Below the pieces are notes generated by a model that was not told where the DNA came from, made no database searches, and worked only from the letters and a program-made list of their open reading frames with translations. 30,637 nucleotides of DNA. Source: Vezdaea acicularis (taxonomy: Eukaryota). The DNA lies in assembly GCA_026025075.1 (NCBI GenBank), contig JAPEUI010000014.1, forward strand, positions 186,001-216,637, given 5' to 3'. This document shows, in pieces, positions 9,415 to 20,771 of the stretch (the stretch's first letter is position 1; every line of letters starts with the position of its first letter). A program made the position numbers and the translations under genes.

Positions 9415-11223
9415 ATGTACGAGATGAAAGAAGACATCCCGCCATCATATGAGGCTGCCACAGCAAAAGATGTATGGGACATAGTCTTCTCTTGTGCACA
9501 CTTCTCTCAAAAGGACATACGTTCAATATGTATGGTGAATCGCACATGGGATCGCCGATTCTCGAGATTGCTTTGGGAAGATCCGGACTTCAAATCTGGC
9601 TGCGATATAGCAGACATTCATTGTTTGTGAAGCGCGACCTCTCAAAAATCATCTGCTGATAGCACGGTAGACTCGTTCATCAGCTTCTTATGTTGCCTCA
9701 CGTTTGCGTCTCCCTCTGTTCGTCAGGTCACCAAAGTAATCCGCGTCCCAATTCCACCTGATGATGAAACCGAGTTTCCCCTCCCGGATGACTGGCTTCA
9801 GCGCCTCTTATCCTCCCTTCCCAAGCTCACCTCCATCATCGCTCCTCGCCAACCAGCTGTTGACCCTCCATCTCTGTCTCAGCTCGCCCAGACCCCATCC
9901 GTACAATTCGAAAAGAACGAGTTGACCGAGGCCCCAAAATACTCGCACCGATATCATCTCCAGCTTCTTGACCTGTCTGGCTGTCGAAACCTGACACCTG
10001 ACAGTCTTCTAAACGCACTACGCCTATTTCCCTTCTTATCGTACCTCGATCTATCCTGGACACCAACTGGTACATTCAACAGCCTCGTAACCTCGTATCG
10101 CAGCTGGGCAAAGACAGACCCGCGCTCTCTACAAGTTCTTAAGTTGAGAGGCCTGAGTCTATCAGACAATGACGTACTTGAGCTTGCGTCTACAGTTGGC
10201 ACACGTGTGTGGTCTTTAGACCTCCGCGATAACAAGCTTACGAACCTCTCCGTCAATCACTTGCTTGACTACTGCTTTCCCCCACCCTTATACGACAACT
10301 CATCCAGCTCTCATACCCCCACTCCTGGCCCAGGACGCTGGTATAAAGTCGATGGCTCCCTCTGGCACGCCACTTCCACACTCTCTACATACGGCACCTT
10401 GTCGCCCACCGGACCTTTACCCCCCCTGAGTTTATGCCACCTCTATCTTGCAGGAAACGCCATTGAAGCCCCTGCATACCGCCGCCTCCTCCGCACATCA
10501 CACCTACGCGTATTAGACTGTGGTCTCGCTCCTGAGCGTCATGGCACCCAAGATGTCTTCCAAGATATATGGAGCGTCTCAGACTCCATCCAGGCACTCG
10601 AATACCTTCGCATTGATCATCAGGTCGTCACAGACGAAAAGGCGCCAGACGTTCATGCAGCTACTCAAAATCGTAAGCGATTGAGCGCGATCAAGACGCT
10701 AGTTTTATCTTCTGTCCCGGAGAGAAGCCCGCACGGCAAGTTGTCTAGAGCGCTGGTTGAATTAATCCGTACTTATGCAGCACGAGAGATTGACCTGCAC
10801 AGCGGTACTGGGAGGGGTATTCCGGCAGAAGAGCAGTCGCTCATTCTTGAGATTACACCGGCCGCAACACCTGGAGGCGTTTCTGCCCCTGCTATAAGGG
10901 AGGACCGTACGTCCACAGCCTTTGAGGCGAAGCTCGCAAAAGACTTCTCATTCTTCCCCGACGAGCGGTCCCCCACCTCACCTTCAACTACATCCTCGAA
11001 CCGTTTCGGAGGAGGGCTGTTTGGTGGAGATGATGTGGTTACGGAGATTGCTACTTTTCGCCGGAAAGCGAGACTAGAGAACGCGAAGAATGGTGGGAAG
11101 AAAGGGGAGAATGGATGTTGGAGCGGGAGGGTGAGGGTTCTGCGCGGTGGGGCGACAGATGATGCGGAGGATGCTAAAAGGGGTAGGATGTGGGGTCCTA
11201 GGATGCGGACGCGCTGGGGATGA
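9415..11223 (+). CDS. Leucine-rich repeat protein with an F-box-like N-terminus; exons 9415-9622, 9671-11223
   Basis: N-terminus has PPSYEAA and DIRSICMVNRTWDRRFSRLLW (F-box-like). LRRs include LQLLDLSGCRNLT, LSYLDLSWT, LQVLKLRGLSLSD, VWSLDLRDNKLT and LCHLYLAGNAI. Intron GTTTGT..GCTGAT..TAG joins the frames. Confidence 0.8.
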
Positions 11224-11459
11224 CCTCTTATGGTATGTGCTCTAGAGCTGGAATCCAGGCAGTTAAATGATATTGGAGGTGGAACTTGATAGTGCCGCTT
11301 GTGACACGACCCTAGCAAAGGAGTGAAAATGAGAAAGCACCTACAAGAATGCCCTGCACATAACACGATAGGCTGTTCATATAATAGGACATACATTGTA
11401 TAAGGGAAGATATCCTCAGCATCTAACAAAAATCCGCCCGTATAACCGGAGACCGCCTA

Positions 11460-13575
11460 TACGCTCAGACCTATCCTACACGATGGGTCGCTGCAGAGCC
11501 AACGACGGGCTGCACATATCGCGAAAGCCTGATCCATTAACGAAAGGTCGCCCTGAAGCACAACTGCCTCCCTTCGGGTTGTAATTGATCTACTGAGCTT
11601 TCTTGACCCACCTCCCAACATGCAGATCTTCCATGTTGAAACGGTGCCGGATCCCAAAACGGGGCAGCTTATCGAAGGCAAACCAAGAACCATCCGTATT
11701 GGTCCTGAGACCACGAAGCTTGTGTTTGCCCATTGTTCGAACAATCATTGGGTGACCATCGTAATCTACATCAACGACCGCGAAATGTTTTTCGTGTCTG
11801 CAGAATGGTACTGTTCCATTGGACAGCCCCACAGTAAGACCACCATGGACTTTTACCGCAAGTTGATCAAGCGAAGTCTTCAACCAACCACTGCCAGACT
11901 CGATGAAGAGTCAGACCATTGGGATATCACAGATGAGGATTGTGCGAAACAGGCCAAGGGCGACCTTAGCAATTGTGGAATTTTTGTCTTGTCGAACATT
12001 AGGGACCTTGTGAGGGGCTGATGCCCTTCTCCAGAGTATCCAGTCGATACTAAAAGGCTACGATTGAATTATATTTGTCAAATCAAGCAGTATATCCTAG
12101 CTCGCGATCCTGTACCCACGCCCTCCGATTCTCCTGTCTTGAATTTCGCCAATCCTCCGAGCCTAGCCAACTTCCCTGACACCAATCTTCCCATGGGAGA
12201 TGCAATGGCTATTGATGAATCAATGGATATCAATGAACCGTTGGATATCTTCAAACCAGCGGACAAGGATTCTGAGATGCCATTTTCCCTGGCGTCTCCC
12301 ATTGAGTCTCTTCAGACCGAACGACTTCTCTCTGCCCAAGTAAGTGCTTCCTCTACCTGATCTTTGATCGTCCTAGCTGACTCCCTTTAGACCGGTCTAT
12401 CTCCTTTGCCTGAGGCAAAGACCCTCCCAACTCCACCTTCTACCATCTTGCCTGTTCCGGCGAACGAATTTCTTCCTGCTGATCCCTCTCTTCAACCGCT
12501 GCAAAATCTCTCATCGTTTGTCTGAAGATCACGGCCAAAGAAGTGGATGCTCATGATTCAGTACCCTTGGCCTTGAGCTCTCCTCTCTTGGCTCCAATCA
12601 ATACCCTGACCCTGATCCATTACCCGTCATCGACCAAAGGCGAGGGGAATAAATGTCAAAGGGAAGAGCAAATTGGTCTTGGAGGAGGAAAGTAGAAGCC
12701 CCTCGGACAGCGATCCTTTCGTTGGAGATATGATGACATCGATGAACCCTTGGACATCGGTGAACCGCTGGACAAGGATTTTGAGGCGCCAGTTTTCCCG
12801 GCATCTGCACCCTCGCCCTCTCCAATGACCGGAAGGGAGAGGAAGGAACAGTATGCAATGGCGGCTCAAAGCAAACGTCGGGGGGTCAAGAGATCGGAAA
12901 CAACCCGATCTGAAGACGAACCCATGGAGGATGAAGCAGTTGCGAAAAGAAGAAAACAGTCTTCTACCACTGATTCCCGACCGACAATGGCTTCAGTGCC
13001 GGCAACAATCGACCAGACACCTACGACGGCAACAACCCAAGGGTTTACATCGATCAACCAGTCGTCTTTGCCACTTTTGACTGGCCTAACGACCAATCCC
13101 GTTCAAAGGGAAGCGCCCTCCCCAGCTCTCCCTCATGTCCAGTTCACCCAAACCCGACCGCAACTCTCATCCTCTTCATCCTCCGCCCACCCCACCATCC
13201 ACCCCAACCCTCCCTCCGTTTCCCGCTCCGAAGTTGACCCTGCTGTACAGGAAGATACCCTCAGGAAAATGAATGAAGAAGTTTTGTCGGAAGGAGCTCT
13301 CGAAGCCCTTCGAGACCTCTTGCAGTGGTATTACAAGAACCAGAGAGCTGGGGTTGATAGTGTGTCTGATGTGTCCCAGAACGCAATATCCGTTCTTCGT
13401 ATGGGGCCCTCGACCGTGTTTCCCACTACTGCCTCCTGATTCAAGGAGGCATCTCGGCTGGTTAGTCACGATATTGGCTCAAGTCTTCTGTCAGAATTCA
13501 TTGGTCGATACCATCTGGCCGTCTATACCATACAATATGGCCATCGAAGAAAGGCATTAGAGGAGTATTTTCGTT
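11460..13575 (+). pseudogene. Decayed Ulp1/C48 (SUMO/Ubl protease-like) domain gene with a long low-complexity tail, possibly transposon-derived
   Basis: LVFAHCSNNHWVTIVI, WYCSIG and CAKQAKGDLSNCGIFVL follow the Ulp1 pattern HW / YDS / Q-x(n)-CG. In-frame TGA at 11530, 11554, 12019 and 13437, with coding-like frame continuing past them. Frameshifts at about 12.5-12.75 kb. Intact-looking intron at 12340-12390. Confidence 0.65.
12196..12806 (+). repeat. Diverged internal duplication (about 12196-12297 vs about 12724-12806) built from 18-nt units
   Basis: Copy 1: GGAGATGCAATGGCT ATTGATGAATCAATGGAT ATCAATGAACCGTTGGAT ATCTTCAAACCAGCGGAC AAGGATTCTGAG. Copy 2: GGAGATATGATGAC ATCGATGAACCCTTGGAC ATCGGTGAACCGCTGGAC AAGGATTTTGAG. 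The units encode I-x-E-P-L-D-like hexapeptides. Confidence 0.75.
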
Positions 13576-13606
13576 TGAGTATGCGCACCATATCCCCCCG
13601 TTACAC

Positions 13607-14751
13607 TCATCCACTGCCTAAACCCCCACGTCTCATCTCCTCTCTCCTGTCCTGCACCCTCTCCAAGAACCCTTGCCGGTCCATGAACCCTCCTCCACCC
13701 TCTCCCTTCCCCTTCCTCATTTCTCCCAACTCCTCGGCTATGCCTTGTTGGTCAACATATCCCGCCCAATCGAGTTTCGACTTCTGCAGCGTATTCAATT
13801 TGGGACCGGGAGCGGCTGATTGCGGGTACGTAGTAGTAGAAGAAGACGCGACGACTGTGCTTGAAGAGGGAAAGTGGATAGTCCCATTTTGGAAGTTTGG
13901 GTCAAAGCGTGAAGGTCGGAATTTCGGTCTTCGAAGCGGGAGCGACGGCGTCTCTGCCGTATCATTATCTGCCTCGCCTTCAGTAGCTCCTCTTTTGTCG
14001 GAGGACTTTACACGCTGTTGAGCGAGGTATAACTTTGCTTCTTCGCTATTCTTGGGGACTGTCTTGGTGGTTGAGGTTGGCACGCCGGCGAAGCTGTATG
14101 TTTGCGTTATAGTGATCATTTCATTGTCAGCATACGTAAGAGGTTTCGGTGTAGTTGAAGATGGGGCACTGGGGGCAGCTGAGGAATGCTCAGAGGTATT
14201 CACGGAGGTGACTGGTAGTGGAGGAAGAGGCGATGGCGGGCGAAGAGGCCGTGATATCAGAGATGCATAGATCGAGTCGATGTCTGCGGTTACGGCGCCC
14301 AGCTGTAGGGGATATCTTTTTTCAGTTTTCCTAGAAGATCATTCAACTCAACCCAGCTTTGGATCGGCGCATTATGCTCATGGGGGGAACAGTCCACGTA
14401 CTCTTCCTTCCTCTGTCTTCTGGTCTTCACAAATCCTCCCTCCCCTGTCCCTTCGTCACCCTCCGCTCCTTCATCCGCTTCATTCTCCCCATTCTCTCTC
14501 TTCTTCTTTTGTTTCCGCCGCCCCTTTCGTATTATGCCTTCATCGCCAGAATTCTCAAAGCCTATGTCTTCAACCTTGTCATCAGATTTTCGTTTCCGCT
14601 TTTTGCGGCTTTTGGGAGCTTCACCAGGTTGCTCACTGGTTTCCGAGTCGCTAGAGGAGGTAGAGGAGGCGTGGTCTTGAGGAACGGGGACGGGGTTGAA
14701 GTCTTCGTCGGAAGCAGAGTCAGAGTCTAGCTCTTCATCGGCAAGATTCAT
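13607..14751 (-). CDS. SWC5: SWR1 complex subunit Swc5 (BCNT-C domain); exons 14751-14402, 14330-13607
   Basis: Acidic N-terminus DSDSASDEDFNP, then GGFVKTRRQR and ITITQTYSFAG. BCNT domain is KLNTLQKSKLDWAGYVDQQGIAEEL...FMDRQGFLERV. Intron GTACGT..TAG restores frame. Confidence 0.92.
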
Positions 14752-15844
14752 TCTGTGGACGTGGGCGGGTTAGGCAGATGTGGATGTTTTCGTTCAAGCT
14801 CAGTCGTGGATGCAATTATCGAATTAAATGGATTTCGAACGAAACTCAAATACTCCACGAATCTACCGCCTGTTTTTTTCACCGAGCATAATAACTCCTC
14901 TGCTGGATCTTATCCATTTGGAATCTTAGAAGCTGCGACTTCGTGCTAGAATGCCGTGACCTGCACTTTGTGGAGGTGAGTTTTGGGGATCATCGAACTC
15001 TTTCTACCGACACCATCTTCCAAGACATTCCCCGTGACAATGAATTTTCTTGTCTCATTTTTGCCAAGTTCTGGGCATTGCGGCTTACAACAGGAACAGC
15101 TCGACCGAGTTATCTTGGCTCAGATTGGCTCATTCGTCAATCCACTAGCCCGGGGTCTAGTCTGGAAATCTCGGTGTTGTTGTTCCACGAGGTCTCGAAT
15201 CCTAACATGCACGTCCTCTCGAAAAGCGCGTCCGCACGGGCATTTCACTGGTGACAACACCTCGAAATGAAGATTGCCCAATTTAACGGTTAGACGAGGC
15301 CACCAAAATCTCACTTCAGCATTCACGTTCTTATTATGATTGAAAAAGACGTTTACACCATCCAGCTTCGGCTGCAAGATCGTTGTTACCTCGCGGTAAA
15401 GGATTCTACGAGTTCCTTCTCGGAACCGCGATTGCCAGAAGGATGATCCTAGTCTGCACCAGCGTCTTAAAGCCAGTCCAGTCTAGCCCACATAGAAGAA
15501 GCCACTTTCGCCTGGTTCCTATGGAGAGGTTGCTTCGACCTTGTGGCGCATTGACCACGCTGTGTCAAAGTCCCTGGCTACTTCATTTCTCCAAGCTGAG
15601 CTTGTTTGACCTCTAGCCATTTGGCTTGAGCTACTTAGTGGGGTTTTTTGGACTCTTCGCTCTTTCTTTGGCCTTTCACCGTATTCACAAATAATGAATA
15701 GCAATGAAGCGCTGATCTCGTGCTTCATTACACGCCCTTTTCTTGGAAAGGTAACCCTCAAAATTCAGTGTGTGTCCTAGAAGAATATCACGCGACTGCT
15801 GTTTCTCGTCAAATCTTATATACCCTCTCGTACCAAAGATCGCT

Positions 15845-16850
15845 ATGCCTGGTACCGTTGAGAGCACTCAGTCAGAGCAGCTTATCGAGTCAAGCAAGTC
15901 TCCCACCATCGAGACTTTCACAATACCTGCGGTGGAGCAAGTCCCTTTGATCAGCGCAATGATGAGAAAGAGAGAGTCCAAATCTATGCCAGAATCACCC
16001 AGGATTCCTCATGGCAGTGGTACGATAGGTGCCGACCTAATCGACGAGACGCGTTTAAGCCGGCATAACACTAGAAAATCTAATCGGCGGATAGCATCTA
16101 AGGAAGAGATGAAGCGTAAGAGTCAATTCTTTGGCAAAGAATTTGCATATCGCGAACCTCTCGGCACAGTCAGAGAGAAAATGACCCAAGACTCGATGAT
16201 ACTTGTTGAGCTAAAAACGAACGTCATTGTAATGGTCTCGAGCTCAGTCCATGAATCTTCACTTATATGACATGCAGGTCAAAGACGAGTACACGCTAAT
16301 AACGTCACTTTCCTCTGCGCTAGCCGCTCGATACTCCCGTCCCGAATCGAGCATACTACTTACCCTCACCCATTCCGTTTGTCTTCTCTTTGGTGGCTCC
16401 TTCGACCCAGCCTATATACTCTCCATTGAAGCCCTCCCTTCGCAAGTACAACCTGCAACAAACAAGCGCAACACTTCTCTCATCCAAGGGCTCATCGCCG
16501 CCCTCCTCGGAGTAGAACCTTCTAGGGGGGTGATTAAGTTTGCCGCTATTGCAGAAGAGAACTTCGCGTTCAATGGACAGACCGTACTTGGAGAAATTGA
16601 ATCACTAGAGAAGGCTGCGATGGAAGATTCACTTGGAATAAAGCGCAGTGCGTCAAGGAGTAGGCTGGCCATGATGAGGAGTAGAAATAGATCCGAGCCA
16701 GAGGCGGATAGCCGCAGCTCGACTCCGGTGGGAATGCCCCAGATGCCGCCCATACCAACCGAGATGTTGGCTCTAGATCGCAGGGCAGAGAAGGCGCAGA
16801 AGCTGGGGAAGCGTAAAAGCTTACTATCATTGTTTAGCAAAGGGAGTTGA
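15845..16850 (+). CDS. MIF/tautomerase-fold domain protein with an N-terminal extension; exons 15845-16228, 16278-16850
   Basis: ILVELKTNVI|VKDEYTLITSLSSALAARYSRPESSILLTLTHSVCLLFGGSFDPAYILSIEALPSQVQPATNKRNT...RGVIKF...EENFAFNGQT is typical of fungal MIF-domain proteins. Intron is GTAATG..CAG. The start codon is inferred. Confidence 0.82.
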
Positions 16851-17353
16851 TGCCACAAATTATGATTCTGAGGATGTCTTAGGATGTCTCAACTCCCTAC
16901 CCGTCATGTGGGTGTATTTCAGGTCGACGCATGACTAGATCTGAGAAGAAATTTGGTGTACACGGTAGGCTCTAGGGACGCTTCTTCTGAACGAAAATCT
17001 GGGGAGTTTAGGTGATCAAGCTTTTGGTATTATGTTTTATGAGAAAGTGGTTACTTAGTGCAAAGGTTGTTCTCAGGTAAAGATTTCGTAGTAAGGTCCT
17101 CAAAAGCAAACTACATGAATCATCAGATGCAGCAACAACGAGATGCAATGAAAGGTAGAAGCACAAAATCTTTTGAGACCATGTTGTACCGATGCCACGA
17201 GGAGACCTCCAATGCAAGTTCCCTTCCCGTACTATACCTGGCAGCCAATGCAATAGTCATTACATCAACCCAGATACACGAACAGCAAGAGTATGCCGCA
17301 AACGCCGAGAGAAACAGGGTACACATCGAGACCTTCCTTCGGGGTGGTCCCAC

Positions 17354-18634
17354 CTAGGTTTCAGTTTGCAGCCTAGATTCGAACGTGAGTCTAGGCACCC
17401 CGTAGTGCTCTTCTTTCTCTTTCGAGAAATCTAACCCAGTCAGTCTCTCAAGCTCCTCGACCTCCCGGAGCGTGATCTGCTTATTCCTTCCTGCCTTTTT
17501 TGGCTTCATATGGGTCCGGTAATGCTGCTTTAGGTTGTCACCTCTCGAAATGTATTTCGTCTTGCATTGATCTACTATACATTCCATCTTGTGTTGTTCG
17601 TGGACACCCCTGACATGTCGCTTTAAGTGCTCTTGTCGTTTGAATGCAGAGGTGCAATTTTTTGCGGTACATCGGTGCTGACACTGTTTAGCCCTGTTGA
17701 CAACAACAGGGAGCTCAAGTTTATGGGATCGTCTCTTTGATCTAGCGGGTGTTCGTTCCTCCAAGTGCGAAGTGTGGATCAGGCTTCTTAAGGAGCGAGA
17801 TGAAGAAGCTTTGTGTGGCGAAGGCGATAGCGAAGGCGGAGTCACATAACCAGACTTTTCGGCGGGCAGTGATTTCAAATCCTCTGGATCAAATTCACTG
17901 AGCGAATCTTTAGAGGATTGTGGTGTTAACTCCTCTTTCAGCGTTGCCAGAGGATATGCGCGGCTACGTTTCTTGGCAGGAGTGGTAAAAGGGGGATCAA
18001 GAGAAGGAGACGACGAAAAGCTGAGAGACTGATATATAGGTTCGAAATGAGGGGCCGTGGGATTGAAATCCGCTAAGAGGATGTCTTGATCAGGAAACAT
18101 ATGTAAAGGCGTAGAAGTTAGGTCCTGTACTGCTAGAAATTGATGATCGTTACGCCCCTGTAGGTCGAAGTATTTTTCCGTATATCCGATCAGCGTTGAG
18201 TCGTCTGGGCTCGAGATATGGAAGTCTGAAGCATTCCACAGTCCGTCGAAAAGCATATTAGGTGCTATAGTTGGAGGGAACTGTTGATGGTCTGGCACTG
18301 AAAACCCATTTGGGGAAACCCCATCCGTTGCTGACGGAGTTGCTGGTGAGAATGTCGACGAGTCTAGTGAAATGGTAGAGTCGAAGGAACGTTGAGCTCC
18401 GAAAGACGAATGCGCGTTGTAAGAGGAATCTTCCCATGCCGAGCTCGAGGGAGTCAAAGCGCTCTGACTACGAGAGATGTCTTCCCAGGAAGATCTTGAT
18501 GTCAACGAAGGACGGCGAGAAGGGTGCAGGTCTAGCGGAGAGGCCGACGAGTGGCTCTCACTTTCTCGGGATAGATTATAGCCTTGTGTATTTATTCGAC
18601 ACGGCATTCGAAAAGATCGGTCCATCGTCGACAT
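17354..18634 (-). CDS. Two-finger C2H2 transcription factor, BrlA-like
   Basis: S/P-rich N-terminus. Zinc fingers HRCTAKNCTSAFKRQEHLKRHVRGVH and ECIVDQCKTKYISRGDNLKQHYRTHMKPKKAGRN resemble BrlA FKRQEHLKRH / SRSDNLNAHY..TH..GRN. Orthology is not established. Confidence 0.85.
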   Translation of the reverse strand: MSTMDRSFRMPCRINTQGYNLSRESESHSSASPLDLHPSRRPSLTSRSSWEDISRSQSALTPSSSAWEDSSYNAHSSFGAQRSFDSTISLDSSTFSPATPSATDGVSPNGFSVPDHQQFPPTIAPNMLFDGLWNASDFHISSPDDSTLIGYTEKYFDLQGRNDHQFLAVQDLTSTPLHMFPDQDILLADFNPTAPHFEPIYQSLSFSSSPSLDPPFTTPAKKRSRAYPLATLKEELTPQSSKDSLSEFDPEDLKSLPAEKSGYVTPPSLSPSPHKASSSRSLRSLIHTSHLEERTPARSKRRSHKLELPVVVNRAKQCQHRCTAKNCTSAFKRQEHLKRHVRGVHEQHKMECIVDQCKTKYISRGDNLKQHYRTHMKPKKAGRNKQITLREVEELERLTGLDFSKEKEEHYGVPRLTFESRLQTET

Positions 18635-20771
18635 TTGGAGAGGAATATAGGTATTCTAGAGAGTGATAGGGCACTTGTACTCTTGAGGAAGGTCAGCGGC
18701 GGCTTGGTACATTAAACAATAAGAGAGTCAAGCTGAAGAGCAGAGGCACCGAGCCGGCGTATTAGAATGAGTTGTGCAAGGCTATGGGTTGCAAAATAGT
18801 GGTATAATGCCTCAAAGTTGGGCCAAAGAGATGAAGGGCTTGCTAATGAAAAATGTTGGAGGGTTCATACTTTTGAATGGCTCGAGAGAGGGCTATGATC
18901 GAACACGAAAGCTCTGATTGGCAACCGGTCAAACGCGTTTAAAATGAACCTCTCGCCTTTCGAACAGGCTCCCTCCCTCTGAGAACACGTCTAACAAGGT
19001 TGCCGTGGAGAATGTACTCCACTTCCGCGGTTTATCTTCCGACGTCACATAGACGCGAATGAGCTTTTGGGTATCAATCCGAAGACTAAGAGGTAGCTCT
19101 AGCCAAGTTCGAATGAAGGAGGCTAGGTTCGAAGGAGACCGCTTGATTGTGACAGCAAGGAGAAAGCCAAATGGAGATAGTGGCGTTGTAGTGCGATACC
19201 AATACGGAGCGCCAAGTTCTGCTCTCAGGACAGAAGAGGTGCCTTGCAGTAAAAGACTGTTGAAGGAAGCACATCCAGATCGAGTTCTTAATCAATGGCA
19301 AAGACTTCTTCGCATCACACTAGTCAGGTTTCTGGGCGCCTAGGCTGGTGGCGGAGTGAACGCCGAAAGCTGATCTTTCCGACAAGAGGCTGGATTTGGA
19401 GATGGTGTCCAGCGAGTCTACAATGAGACATCAGCATGAATCATGATCAGCTTCATAGCTTTCTATCAAGATGCTGGGCGATCACGTACAAAGTAGGGGG
19501 CTTGCCACAACCTCTAGAGTACACGACTAACCTAGTATTCTGTCTCATCAGCCTCCCAATACATCGGTAGAACGTAACAGAAGGCTGGTCAGAAGTGGCT
19601 GTACGTTTGGATTTCTCAGATTTGTTTACTGTCCCGCCAGGCTAAACCAGTCAAACGCCAGAGCTCAGTGACTTTATATTTGTGCAAGCGTGTGAACTTG
19701 GACCTGCATGAACGACAAGTTGCACCCGTTGCTCTGCCTGCCGCATGAGGTTCTGGGGTCTGGGAGGTTGGACCTGCAGAGCCTTGAATCATTCGGTGAC
19801 AGTGTAGTTGCCGTTCTGGATGATTCTGGCATGCAGCACCTCCAAGCCCCTGTCCGCAGAAGATCGACGTCAGGAACAAGCTGATTCGTCACAGATGCAG
19901 CCGCAAAATTTGGAAGGCTTTGGTGACTTGAGTGGCTGAACCTGAGACTCGACTGCTTTCGCGTTCGAGGTCCTTGTGATCAACCCTTATAATCGCCCCC
20001 CGCCTCACATTGGAATGCCGCATACATGGGTAAATATCTAGACGATCATTGTGAGAAATTCAGCCTTCGTAGACCACCTTGTACTCTTGAAGCCATGCAG
20101 GGGGCTTCTCCGAAGGTGTCATTCCAACTTCAGGCGGTTGCACTAACAGAAATTCGATGTATATGGTTGAAAGAGGCGCAGGGCGTTCGAACTAACAGGC
20201 CCAAGAATGTGGGGAAGCAACTTTTCCGAAGCATTCATTGGTGAGAGGCGACATGGAGCAAAAGTGGCATGCATATGTGAGTCCGAACTTCAGGCCAAGT
20301 GGACTCCACACAGCATTCTTCTGGCCCACTGATAACAGACCATCTCATTTCGAAGATTGCGACCCCTCAAGTTGTGGTGATACACACCACTTGAGAGATA
20401 GCCCCCAAGTGTTGGACTTCAACGGGTGGGACATGATTGATAGAAGCCAAAGGTTCGTAGAATACTCGATTTCGATATTCAATTTTCGATTTGCGATTGA
20501 AAGTCGAGGGGTTGGCGAGCGGCCATATAAAATGCGACAAGTCACACGTTCGCTCGGCAATCCGAGGCTCACCTGGAACGTAGATCAAGATGGCGAGGCA
20601 TCGACCACCTCCACGACCCCTCCCCAGAAAGAAAAAATCCGATGAAGAGAACACCTCCGGATGGAGTTGTAGTCTCACATGCTGCATGCTGCGTGCTGCG
20701 GTCGGGGATTGTTCCGGATTGCGCCTATGAGGATACCATTGATGAGTGACCTGATCAGTCACAAAGACTTT

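Noticed and set aside
10773..11429. 218-aa minus-strand ORF
   Set aside because: It is mostly antisense to the LRR gene C-terminus and has no recognisable domain.
11530..13439. TGA recoding (selenocysteine or readthrough) in the Ulp1-like region
   Set aside because: Frameshifts co-occur and neighbouring genes use TGA as a normal stop, so pseudogenisation is simpler.
11380..13600. Terminal inverted repeats or target-site duplication around the Ulp1-like relic
   Set aside because: I inspected both flanks by eye and found none, so it is not called a bounded mobile element.
14943..15800. Cluster of short ORFs between SWC5 and the MIF-domain gene
   Set aside because: No consistent frame, domain or splice pattern. 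It is likely divergent promoter and 5' UTR.
16871..16890. 10-bp tandem duplication AGGATGTCTT/AGGATGTCTC
   Set aside because: Only two short copies in a 3' region, consistent with ordinary slippage.
20026..20645. Plus-strand ORFs (72 and 135 aa) with an intron-like GTGAGT..CTGATAACAG at about 20277-20338
   Set aside because: Splicing yields only a very short peptide and no family is recognisable. An orphan gene cannot be excluded without RNA-seq.
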